The notes below the pieces were generated by a model, which saw only the letters and a list, made by a program, of their open reading frames with translations, ran no database searches and was not told the origin of the DNA. Shown in pieces: positions 52,481 through 64,000 of a stretch of 64,000 bases of DNA. The number at the start of each line of letters is the position of its first letter. Position 1 is the first letter of the stretch. The stretch is taken from assembly GCA_043228905.1 (NCBI GenBank), contig JBHGNT010000018.1, forward strand, positions 11,842,001 to 11,906,000, in the 5' to 3' direction. Origin of the DNA: Azolla caroliniana. Taxonomy: Eukaryota; Plantae; Polypodiophyta. Both the position numbers and the translations under genes were made by a program.

Positions 52481-54021
52481 TTAACGAACCTTTAGTCTTC
52501 CTTCTTTCGTCAATCTAGGTTTGTCTTCATTAGACCTCACATGAACATCGACTTTGACTACTCCTTGTAGCCCATGCTTCAAGTCCATGCTCACATTCAA
52601 AATCTGGGATGACCACATTTCATGTTTCCCACATCCACCTTTTTCATGGTATGCTCTCGTGTGATAGTTGACCATCATTTGTTTGATCTTCACACTAGAA
52701 TCCCCTTTTGAGTCGGAGCATGGGATCATATCTCGCGGAACACCCTTAGACTTCACTTGGCTATTGTCATGCACCATTGTGCTTTGTTTGACCTCTTCAT
52801 CGTATGTATCAACATTGACCTTCACTTCCTCATTGCCACCTTCCATCTCTTGGGTCTTTATTTGGTTTGGGTATGTCTCTTCGGTGATGGCCCTTTCTCC
52901 ACCAACCGATATGTTCCCGTCTACCATTGCCCAAATATCTTGAAATAGTGGGGAAGAAGTTTCGGCAGCTTGCCATCCTCCTTCATTGTGTTGTCCATAG
53001 CCACCTCTATCTCTAGTTCGTTATCTGCGGCCATCTCTTCAAACTCATCGGCCTCGTACCCATTGACCTTCTCAATCGAGCATGCCTCAATTATGCTTGC
53101 CTCTTCATCGTATGCATCGTCTTTGACCTTCGCTTCCTCGCCTCCACCTTCCTTCTCTTGGGTCTTAATTTGGTTTGGGTATGATTCTTCGGTGATGACT
53201 CTTTTTCCACCGACCAATATGTCCCCATCCACCATTGCCCAAATATCTTGAAATAGTGGGGAAGAAGTCTCAGCACACTTGTTGTCCTCCTTCATTGTTC
53301 TTGCGATTGGCCCACTTTGCTTTGACATCACAGATACTAGTGGAACCTTCCATCTTCGAACTATTGACTCCGCCATGTTGGAACCATCTACCCATCAATG
53401 ACGCTTGTCGAACCGGTCACATGCTCTTCTTACCTCAACCCAATCCGTTATGAGACCATTGGGTTGTGCTTCATCCTCTAATAGACAACCAAGTTCTCGT
53501 CTATCTTTCACATCCACCGCCTTTAAGAAGTATAGAACCTTATCTTCTTCGAGAAACATCTGGTCAGTGCTTGGGAGACGATTGTACATTTGGTCAAATT
53601 TGTTGTACACCCCCAATGCATTCATGTTCTTCCTCTTCTTCTCCATCCACTTCATCAACGTGTGTCGAGTCATGCTCGATGTGTCTTCAAGCATATATTC
53701 AGCCAAAAGGGCCCTTTCGAATCCTGCCCGTGTTGTTTGTGTGGCTTGAATCTCCCTTATACAGCCTTGTAACCCATTTCCCATGACACGCTTGAAGCTT
53801 GATATTTGTTTCTCTTCGATGACATCTCATTGTACCATCTCTGTCTTGTATATAATGAGGAAATCTATAATATTTCTTCCACCAAATTGTCCTACTATAT
53901 CAATGATCCGGTCGATGGCCTTATTTAATCTTGCATCGTTATCACGAGCTCTCATCATATGCTCAACAATAGCTACCAACTTCTCCACTTCGTCAACTTG
54001 GGTGTTTGTCGAAGAAGCCAT
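52481..54021 (-). pseudogene. Gag/capsid-like ORF with an acidic duplicated tail
   Basis: ORFs 53827-54021, 53395-53784, 52921-53376, 52481-52927; QFGGRNIIDFL..Y..EM resembles gypsy Gag N-termini; about 200-bp duplication (52790-52995 vs 53100-53300). Confidence 0.6.
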
Positions 54022-54066
54022 CTTCTATTCTTCTATTTCAAGCACTTGAATCCTTCCTACTACCTC

Positions 54067-54084
54067 TTCACGTTGGGTTCACCA
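54067..54084 (-). promoter_or_regulatory. Primer binding site complementary to tRNA-Trp
   Basis: Plus strand TTCACGTTGGGTTCACCA matches the 3' end of plant cytosolic tRNA-Trp (TTCACGTCGGGTTCACCA, recalled) with one mismatch. Confidence 0.8.
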
Positions 54085-57000
54085 AAGATGTCGCGGAAAT
54101 ACGACAAGGATACGTGAACTTGAGGTAGGACCCCGGGGCCTCCGACCGGAAGATATCGGATTCGTGCGTTTATATTTTTAACAATTAACGGAAATAAGAA
54201 ATTTAATAATTTTCATTAACAAAGGAAAAGAAATTACAATACGTCCCAAGATTGGGATTCAGAAGTTTAGGTTTACTAAGTTTGAGAGATATGGCTTCCG
54301 TAGGGAAAATTAGGGTTTTTGGCTTCCGTAAGGAAATTAGAGGTTTTGAGAGATATGGCTTCCGTAGGGAATTTGGGGTTTATGAGACTTATGGCTTCCC
54401 TAAGATAAGGGAGTTGAGAAGGAAAAGAAAAATTAAAAATATGGAGAGAGAGTCGGATGTGTAAAAAAAATGGAATATATACAGAGTTCCCCGTTGATCA
54501 TATGCCTCCACTTTTTGTTGCATGGCCTCTACTTTTAGTTGCATAGCTTTTTCTTTTAGTTGCATCTATTTTTAGTTGCATGCGACGGTCCACATGACCT
54601 TTACTTTAGTTTTCTTCACTTCACTTTAATTAGCCACATGATCCTTTTATCCGTTTGGTTTGCATCCAGCCTCATCCGGTCACCGGTTGCGTTTGGTTGC
54701 CGATTGCCGCCGCCGGTTCCGGTTTGCTTACGGGCCGGTTTTCGGTTTTGCTTACCGACCAATTTCTAGTTTTGCTTACCGGCCGATTTTCGGTTTTGCT
54801 TACCGGCCCAATTCCGGTTTTGCTTACCGGCCGGTTCCGGATTGCTTACTGGCCCGGTTCCGGATTGTTTCCTGGCCGGTTTACGGTTTTTGGGAACTTA
54901 GCCACCATCATCCATCAAGACAAAGTGGCCAAAGTGCTCTTAGCACAAATAAAAATGAGGGGTCTCAAAGTGCTTATATAGCCAAGGCATTAAGTTTCCT
55001 ATTTATGTGGGATAAATCATAGTTCTTTTTTTCCTTATCTTCTCAAATATCCATCTTTCTATAACATGCCATTAAGCTAATTTAAAGTACTTATTTTATT
55101 ATTTATTATTATTATTTACATAGTGTGAAAAGATTCACATGACACCGACACAGAACGTGAGTCTCGGTCGAAGCCGTTACTTGGTAACCTTCATCGACGA
55201 CTTCACTCGACACGCGTGGATATGCACAATCACAAAGAAGAGCGAAGTCTTTGCATGTTTCCTAAAGGTGAAGAGCCTTGCGGAAATGGAAACAGGGCAT
55301 AAGATCAAATGTCTACGGTCCAATGGCGGGAAGGAGTACTTCTCCGACCAGTTCACAAGCTATCTATAAAAGAAGGGAATTCGACGCAAATTCTCGTATA
55401 GATACACGCCGCAGCAGAACGGCGTGGCCGAGCAGAAGAATCAGACGATTGAAGAAGCGACCAGGGCAATACTTGAAGAGAAGCATATGCCAAAATTCTA
55501 CTGGGCTAAAGCCGTGAAGAAGACTCTCTACCTGCAGAATCAGACTTCTGCTAATGGAGGAGTGTCGCCACATGAGTTGTATTTCGGGAAGAAACCGAAC
55601 TTGGCACACTTGAGGATTTTCGGTAGCATCGCGTATGTGCACGTGCCGAAGTAGAAAAGCAAGAAACTAGAAGCTAAAGCTGAGAAATGTATCTTGGTCG
55701 GTTGTTGAGATGAGCAGAAAGGCTATAAGTGTTATAACCCTTGAACAAAGGAAGTACGCGTAAGCCGCGACATCATGTTCGACGAGTCCGCTTCGTAGTA
55801 CTTGCCTTCACCTCCAGTACCTCAAGACTCCATTTCGAATTTTGAGGAAGAAGTCAACGAGGTTGACATGCCTCTGCATGATGAGGAAATCGGAGCTCTA
55901 AGAGAGAGTCCGATCTCATTTCGGCTCAATGGGCCGAACGAGGGGTTGGGCCGAAATGGGCAACCTAGTGAAGAGACGACGAGTAGTGGAAACTCAGCCG
56001 TGATGTCCCCGCGTAAAGAACCGAGGAGACGGTTTACGTGCAAGGACAGGGACAAGAAGAAAATGCCAGAAAACGACTTCGGCAGTGCCGAGTCAGATTG
56101 GAGTGAGTTTGACTACGGGCAAACTGAAAAGGGACCTCCACGAAAGAGGTCGATAGTAGCCGAAAAGGTCGTGAAATTGGGTAATCATGAATTATGCCGA
56201 TCTACCTGCTTGAAGAAACCCTTAAAGCGATACGGGTATAATGAGTACATGGCGCACCATTACGCGTACATGACACGAGTGGCGAAAGTGCATGAGCCGG
56301 AGAGCTACACAGAAGTGGCGGGAGACGCGAACTGGCGTGCCACAATGGAGGAAGAGATGCATGCATAATCAGAGAATGAAACCTGGGACTTGGTTGATGC
56401 ATCAAAGGGTGTAAAGCCGATCAGATTCAGATGCGTGTATAAGGTGAAATACAACACCGATGGCTCTGTCAACCGCTACAAGGCCCGTTTAGTAGCTAAA
56501 GGCTACGCGCAGAAGCACAACGTGGACTATGATGAGACCTTTGCGCCTGTCGCGAAGATGACAACCGTCCGTGTTTTGCTTGCGGTAGCAGCGGTAAAGG
56601 GGTGGCACTTACATCAGATGGATGTAAAGAACGCGTTCCTACAAGGTGATCTTGAGGAGCAGTTGTACATGTTATAGCCCCCTGGATTGCTATCCGAACA
56701 AAACACCTCGGCAATTTGCCGATTGAAGAAGTCCTTATACGGACTACAGCAAGCCCCGCAAGCTTGGAACGCAAAGATTACGCAACAGTTGCGTAGGATG
56801 GGGTTTGCGCCGTTGAAATCCGACTCTTGTCTATTTGTTCGGCAAGGTCAATATGGACCAGTCAGCCTGCTCTTGTACATTTATGATTTTAGTCATCGCG
56901 GGTGCCGACCTTGACGAAATCCACCGCGTGAAGTCTTAGCTTGCGGGATCATTGGAAATGAAGGATCTCGGAGACCTTCATTACTTCCTCGGGATCTAAG

Positions 57001-59684
57001 TGATCCATACACCCAAAGGCATATTGATCAGCCAACATCATTACGCGCTAAATATGCTCTTCATGTTCAGGATGGCAAATTGTAAGCCCATCTCGACCCC
57101 TCTGGATAGAAATGCAAAGCTTCGCCGAGACTCGTGGAAGGCATGTGACCCGACACAGTTCCGACAGGTTGTCAAAAGCCTTATCTATCTGACGATTACT
57201 CGGCCGGATCTTAGTTATCGAGTCAGCCTAATCAGTCAATTCATGTCATAGCCTATGACCGAACACTTTCAGTGCGCGCAACGGATACTGCGTTATGTCA
57301 GCGGCATGAAAGACATGGCGTTGTTTTATCGGGCAGGCATAGCCAAACAGTTAGTCGGCTACATGGATGTCGATTGGGCCGGAAACGCCCACGATCGTAG
57401 ATCCACATCCGGATACGCATTCTCTCTAGGAAGTGCGGTGATTGCGTAGAGCTGTAAGAAGTAGCCGACAGTAGCACTGTCGAGCACGGAGACCGAGTAT
57501 CGAGGGGGGATTGTCGTTACGTGCGAAGTCATTTGGCTAAAATGGCTCTTACAGGATCTACATGTAGAGGTGTCTGATTCGACGAAAATCTATTGCGACA
57601 ACCTCAGCAATATCCACCTTGAGAAAAACTTCATGTTCCACGCCCGGACCAAGCACATTGAGGTGCATTACCATTTTGTCCGCGAGTGGGTCCTTTTAGG
57701 AGAAGTCGAATCGGTGCATGTTTCGACTGATCGGTAGATTGCCGACATCTTCACAAAACCTCTTGGTCATGACAAGTTACGGCATTTCTCGGGTGCTCTT
57801 GGGTTGCGTCACTTCGACACTTCAAACGTGAGGGGGAGAAAGAAAGAACAAGGACAAGCATGAATGGAGTGGAGGTAAGCATCACGGCGAAAGTGACCGA
57901 GATGCGGAGTCGGATGGAGAATTTGACTTCGAACCGGCTGAAGAAGCCGAAGACGGAAGCAAGGGCCATAAGCATAAGAAGGAGCTGAGGATAGCCGAAA
58001 CAGGGGGAGATAAGGCCAAGACTAAGATGTGGTCGGATGTTGTCAGGGGCTTGAAGATTGAGGACAAATTGGAGACAGCCAATTCAGATGACAATGGAAT
58101 TGAATCAGAAGCATTTGATTCAATCAGTATGTTCGATTCGGATACGCCGAATCACCTGAAGGCCATGTAGAGAAAAGGGGACCAAAGGACGTGCTAACAC
58201 CGCGACAGCAAGGGAGCTGAGAAAGGCTAAACAAGCAAACAAGCTGATCAGAAGGGTCAAAGCGCGCGGAATCGAACGGGTTGAGGAGCGCGAGCGAGGC
58301 GTGAAGCCAAAAGGAACCGGAGCGTAAATCCGGCGGAGCAAGTGGAACCTCAAGTTGAGCTTGAGGGGGGTTGTTGAGAGACAAGCTCAACATTCGGTGC
58401 GAAGTACGCAATGTAACCCAGTGCTTAGACTGGGTGCGTGAAAAAGTACGCACAACAGGGCCGCATCGGTGTGAAAACCGAAGAGGCCGTTAGAGCATTA
58501 TTCCTTGTAAAGGAATATTTTTGGGAGTTTGTGTAGCGGCTCATTTATGAGTGTCAAGTACTGTCAGTACTTGTGTCAGGCCGATTGTCATGGCTTGTAT
58601 AAAAAGTGCTCACTGAGCACGGTGTATGTACACAAAACATAGAGAGTCATTACTTTGAATCTAGTTTTTTCTGTTGTCTGCTCTCTCTCTCTCTCTCTCT
58701 CCCTCTCCCTCTCCATCTCTACGTTTTATGTGTTTTACCGAACTGTCTTACTCCTCCGAATTGTATACTCTGTGTTTACGCACACGCTTCCGCACAACGT
58801 ATTCTTTTACATACAGTGTGATGACCTTCTGGGCCCGAGCCACTATTAGGCTCCCTTTGTTGAACTTCATGACTCCGTTACGGATGTTACCCTTGTAGCC
58901 TTCATCATCTAGTTGACCGGTTGATATCAGGTTCAGTCGAACCTCTAGAACGTGTCAGACATCCTTCAACAGCAACATGCATCCAGTTGATGTCGTCAAC
59001 AACACATCTCCTATGTCATTCCCCATACGGACACAACCATGATCACCGGTTGTGTAGGATTAGAAGCATCTCTGATCCGGTGTCAGGTGGAACGACGATA
59101 CGGAATCGGCGACAAGGTTTAACTCATTCTCCTCGGTGATGAGCATCAGTTCCTCTTCACTTGTCACGATTGCCGACGTTCATTTCTGTTGTTCGGTCGA
59201 CACTAAACTCTATCACCGAAACTCAGTATATACGAGCGTTATACTCCGAACGTTCTACCAAAGAATTGTAGAGTACGAATGGATTAGACTCTATTAATCA
59301 TGTACTACGATATGATATTCTGTATCGTGATCGGTTCTGTTAGTTAGTCCCACCAAGCATGCGAGTGGAAACAATTAGCTATGTCCTTGACATAGCTAAT
59401 TAGCTATGCAAAAAGCTACCATTGATAAATAGTCATTTTTGCAAAAAGCTATCATTGATAAATTAGCTATGCAAAAAGCTACCATTGAAAATAGTAGAGA
59501 GTTTTAATTATATAAATGAGCACCATAAATGTGCAACATAAATTGATATGTGCAGCATAAATGTGCACCATAAATTATATACCGAATTCCTAGGTCCATT
59601 ATGCATGATCCTTTGCCACATCATGTGGGCCATCTTTGGTTGAGTATTCTGGCTTAGATTACTACCCCTGTTGCCAAACCCTAT

Positions 59685-60680
59685 TGAGTCCACTCCTCCA
59701 TTGCCACCATTCTACACTCAGTTACCGGCACTATGTGGTCCAAGTATCATCTGCCACTATTCGATCCGACGGAGTTCACTCCTCCATTGCCGCCATTCTA
59801 CACTCAGTTGCCGCCACTGTTCAGTCCAAGCATCATCCGCCAAGTTCACTCCTCCATTGTCGTCACTCCACACTCAGTTGCCACTACTGTGAAGGTCGTA
59901 TATTGCTGCCACTTTTCGATCCGACAGAGTTAACTCCTTCTCCATTGCCGCCATTCTACTCTCAGTTGCCATCACTATGCGTTCCAAGCATCAACTGCCA
60001 CTGTTCGATCTGACGGAGTTCACTCCTCCATTGCCATCATTCTACACTCAGTTGTCGCTACTATTCGGTGACCGGTCCTGGATTGCTGCCACTTTTTGAT
60101 TTGAAGGAGTTCACTCATCCATTGCCATCATTCTACACTTAGTTGTCGCTACTGTTCGGTCGTGTATTGCTGCCACTTTTCGATCTGAGGGAGTTCACTC
60201 CTTCTCCAGTACCGCCATTGTAGTCTCAGTTGTCGTCATTGTGCGTTCCAAGCATCATCTGCCACTGTTCGATCTGAGGGAGTTCACTCCTCCATTGCCA
60301 TCATTCTACACTTAGTTGTCGCTATTGCTTGGTGCTGGATTGCTGCCACTTTTTGATTTGATGCAGTTCACTCATCCATTGCCATCATTCTACACTTAGT
60401 TGCCATTACTGTTCAGCGGTGTATTGTTGCCACTTTTCGATCCGAAGGAGTTCACTCCTCCACTACTACCATTCTACTCTCAGTTGTCCTCACTGTGCGT
60501 TCCAAGCATCATCTGCCACTGTTCGATACGAAGGAATTCACTCCTCCATTGCCATCATTCTACACTCAGTTGCGGCCATTGTTTGGTCCTGGATTGTCAA
60601 AACGGTTCGATCAAACAGAGTTCACTCCTCCACTTCCGCCATTCTACACTCAGTTGCCGCCACTATTTGGCCCTGGATTA
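59685..60680. repeat. Minisatellite, about 65-80 bp unit (GAGTTCACTCCTCCATTGCCATCATTCTACACTCAGTTG...), roughly 14 copies
   Basis: Seen directly in the sequence. Confidence 0.92.
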
Positions 60681-60854
60681 TTGCAATTGTTCGGTCTTGG
60701 ATTTGAATAACTATTCTGTCTATTGATTATCTTGTGTATTGTTATGTATAATCTTGTGTATTGCGGAATATTTTTGTGTATTGTTGTTGCTCATAGTCAT
60801 CTTTAATACGTGTCTTTTTTTCGGGAAAATTAGGGTTTAAACCTGTCAAGCCAA

Positions 60855-63832
60855 ATGGAAGGGGAAGGAGGGTGTTTAGAATTACCCCGCAATGATCATC
60901 AGGATAGGGATGACACTATCAGGACACAACAAGCGATATGAAAGTATTGGGCAGAAAGAAAAAGAAAACATCGTCAATTGTTGAAGGATACGAAAGCCAC
61001 ATTCACTAAAGGTAAAGATAGTATTGGTTGCGATATAGGTCTAAATATCACTGAGAATGGAAGTAATGAGACTACTATCATAGAGAGAAAGGTCGTAGAC
61101 TATTTCAATGTTCAAACCAAGCACATCAGCAATGAAGACAAGAAGGTAGTACTTTATGGAATATTAAATTATCCATCGATAAAGGAGTTAGTTGATTGTG
61201 ATGGTCTTAATGCAAACATAACATCTGTACTAGTAAATAATGTACGTGATAGTTTCGTATCCATGAGTAGGTCAGAAGATGATCTTGTCTTAAAAAGGTC
61301 TAGTCTAATGATGTTACTCAATAGTGATGTTGACGATATTAACATCAGTGTGCTATCTAAGGTAATTGGTGTTTGTAGAAAAAGTGTGTACAATACATTG
61401 AACCTGATAGTTTCCTCGGGTGAAGGAACTAGTCTGCTAAAGCTAACAACAAGATGTAAGCCAATGACACCAATAACATCAGAAATCAAGGATGTAATCA
61501 CAATATTTTGGACTAATGAAAGTACGGTTTCACCCAATAAGAAGGATTTATGCAGGAAATGTGTTGGAAGGAGTCAATACGAGGAGCATCCCATTCATCT
61601 TCTTGATGTACCTCAGGTATTTACATTTATCTCAACATTTGTTTTGACTTTTGAGCTTAGTTAGTTAACTTATTAGCTACCCCTAAATATGACCATACCC
61701 GAATAGCTAATTACCTACCTCTGAATATGACCATAACTAACTAGCTAGCAATAATAGCTAATTATCTACCATAATAGCTAATTAACTCCCTAAGATTATC
61801 AAACATAGTTATTTAGCTACTAGAATAGCTAATTAGCTACCATTCATAGTTATTTAGCTACCACAATAGCTAATTTGCTACCAGAGTAGCTAATCAGCTA
61901 CTTATGACTATAGTTAATTAGCTATCAGAATTGCTTATCCCCTACTGGAATAGCTATTGTACTAAACTATGGTAGTAGGTAATTAGCTACTACACTCAAC
62001 TATGGTAGTAGCTAATTAGCTACTACTTAGCTAATTAGCTACTCAACTAAAGTATGGTAGTCGCTAATTAGCTACCACTTAGCTAATTAGCTACTGTACT
62101 AGACTATGGTAGTAGTTAATTAGGTACCACTTAGTTAATTAGCTATTGTACTAAACTATGGTAATAGCTAATTAGCTACCATTTAGCTAATTAGCTATTG
62201 TATTAAATTATGGTAGTAGCTAATTAGCTACTCAGCTAAAGTATGGTACTAGCTAATTAGGTACCACTTAGTTAATTAGCTATTGTACTAAACTATGGTA
62301 GTAGCTAATTAGCTACCACTTAGCTAATTAGCTACTCAACTAAACTATGGTAGTAGTTAATTAGCTACCACTTAGCTAATTGGCTACTCCACTAAAGTAT
62401 GGTAGTAGCTAATTAGCTACCACTTAGCTACTTAGCTACTCCACTAAAGTATGGTAGTAGCTAATTAGCTACCATTTAGACAAGAGAACTATTGTACTAA
62501 ACCATGGTAGTAGCTAATTAGCTACAATTTAGCTAATTAGCTACTGTATTAAACTATGGAAGTTTCTAATTAGCTACCACATAGCTAATTAGCTACTATA
62601 CGAAAGTATGGTAGTAGCTAATTAGCTACCACTTACCTAATTAACTATTGTACTAAACTATGGCAGTAGCTAATTAGCTATTGTACTAAACTATGGTAGT
62701 AGCTAATTAGCTACCACTTAGCCATAGAGCTAATCAATATCTCCATTTTATTAGGCAGGTCAATTTATTTATTAGGTTCAGACGAATGCATCCAAATGTC
62801 AAAGTTGAACTACGAACATTCGAGTCTCTTAAGACACTTCGTGAGACGCTTGAAGGATCGATACACATGTTGTTGCATATACTATGTACAAATGGGTTTT
62901 CTCAAGGATTGTGTTAATCTACTACGTCACCATAGCACCTCTCAAGGACTATTTTGTGGGGAGGGATCCTGCTATAACAGGTTTGGAGATGAGATGGAAT
63001 TTTTTTGGGTCTGGCCATGGTAAAGGTGAACATGTTCTGTTATAAAGCGGGCACTTACCCATGAACAACTAAAAGTAGATGGTGTGCAGATGAATTGTGC
63101 AACACATGTAGTTAAATTTTTAAGAGATAATATGTCAACGAGTGCAATTGGTGTTTATTCCTTGCAAGTCCGAGATATCAAACGTGAATTTTGGGAAGTG
63201 AAGATAGATGAAGTAAATAGGGAGAAGACCTAGGAGTGCCAAGCAATTCCCAAATTGCGATCTCTCCATGCTGTTTGCGGTTATTCTAGGTTGGATGGTC
63301 ATTATATTGTGGTTAGAGAATTAATTTGTTTTTGCTTCTATTGTGTGCAGGGAAATTGGAGGTATTGTTTAAACAAAGCATATATTCAGAATTGGGAGTA
63401 TCATACATTGAACGATAAGGAAGCAGTTGATGGAGAAACAAAAAAAAAATGCTAACTTCACATATCAAGGACGTGGAGATACTCTAAGTGATGTCTTAAA
63501 TGTTGGGGATAATTTCGCTATAAATGCAAAAGAAGGCAATTCAGAGGGTGCTAATTTCTATATATTGAAGTGCACGGTTAGTAAACAACAAAATATATTA
63601 GATGCTTGAGGAAATGTTGTATCTACCGGGACATTCTACATCGAAGGTATTTTTTATGCAAGACTAGATGATTACGAGGCTATTAGAAGACAAACCAGTG
63701 GTGTACATGTACTCTCATTTGGTCAAGTGCATCAATGTTCCAATGTCGCAATACAATAACTGCTCAGGTTTATACACAGTTAGTGCTAATGTGTATGAAT
63801 GTATTTACAATTGTATGCCATGGAATTTGTAG
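60855..63832 (+). pseudogene. Degenerate two-exon DNA transposase, Sola2-like
   Basis: Exon 1 at 60855-61616 (FW...STVSPNKKD...HPIHLLDVPQ); exon 2 from 62759 (LF.RF...HP.VKV..RTFESLK / FVRRLKDRYTCCCIY, FFGSGHGKGEH, VRELICFCFYC); stops, frameshifts and a core deletion. Confidence 0.7.
61660..62735. repeat. Tandem array built on the 14-bp palindrome TAGCTAATTAGCTA, inside the transposase intron (61617-62758)
   Basis: About 55-bp units (...CTAAACTATGGTAGTAGCTAATTAGCTACCACT...); related motifs at 59375-59490. Confidence 0.92.
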
Positions 63833-64000
63833 CTACAAGTAGCAATTACCAGTTTTCTTGTAAAACAAACAAAGCACATGTATTGCAAATAAACAGTTTA
63901 ATGGACCTGTTTGGGAGTTTTTTTTATTATATACAGTCTACTTTTTGTGCTTCTTTCTCAACAAAATCGTGTGTCATTTTTATATATAGTCTTCTTTCTG

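Larger units (their letters stand above)
50862..55144 (-). mobile_element. Gag-only non-autonomous LTR element (TR-GAG-like) inserted in the copia G integrase
   Basis: LTRs at 50862-52131 and 54089-55144; tRNA-Trp PBS at 54067-54084; PPT-like GGTGGGGGTGAA at 52132-52143; apparent 4-bp TSD CCGG/CCGA; no pol motifs inside. Confidence 0.88.
49409..58811 (+). mobile_element. Copia G: copia A-family element inserted in copia F; deletion of U5, PBS and gag N-terminus near 49712
   Basis: Partial 5' LTR at 49409-49712; 3' LTR at 58372-58811; TSD TATAG/TACAG; degenerate pol. Confidence 0.92.
43818..59025 (-). mobile_element. Copia F (Tnt1-like): split 3' LTR (43818-44094 and 46338-46580), PPT, RNase H-RT-integrase (46581-49408), resuming at 58812-59025
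   Basis: ORFs 46849-47925 (LYVDDML), 48424-48903, 48968-49399; reading frame resumes after copia G across the TSD TATAG/TACAG. Confidence 0.85.

Noticed and set aside
54067-54084. tRNA-Trp gene
   Set aside because: Only the 18-nt 3' end, including CCA, is present next to an LTR, which defines a PBS
59026-59374. Additional LTR fragment (minus strand, starting TGTTTCCAC)
   Set aside because: No second copy, PBS, PPT or TSD in the window; left unassigned
59685-60680. CRISPR array, or a repeat protein (EFTPPLPPFYTQL ORFs)
   Set aside because: The linkers are homologous to each other and unit lengths break frame; it is a minisatellite

Overview
Repeat-saturated eukaryotic DNA from a land plant. 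It is probably a non-seed plant such as a fern (inferred from a Tcn1/Tf1-like chromovirus, a Sola-like transposase and PLS-type PPR relics). No intact host gene is visible. About 85% of the window is nested LTR retrotransposons: (1) a Tf1/PEG10-like chromovirus fragment with a self-priming PBS and a -1 frameshift signal; (2) two Athila/Tat-superclade gypsy elements with a large extra 3' ORF; (3) a very young chromovirus (15552-22598) with an open gag-pol frame, whose 1.7-kb leader holds a probable intron and a regularly spaced hairpin array; (4) five copies of one copia family, four showing an unusual C-terminal Pol extension; (5) three Tnt1-like copia pieces; (6) a gag-only element with a tRNA-Trp PBS and a 4-bp TSD. 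The remainder is a PPR pseudogene, microsatellite and minisatellite tracts, and a degenerate Sola2-like transposase whose intron is filled with a palindromic tandem array. Coordinates were counted by eye, and family assignments rest on motif recognition, not database searches.
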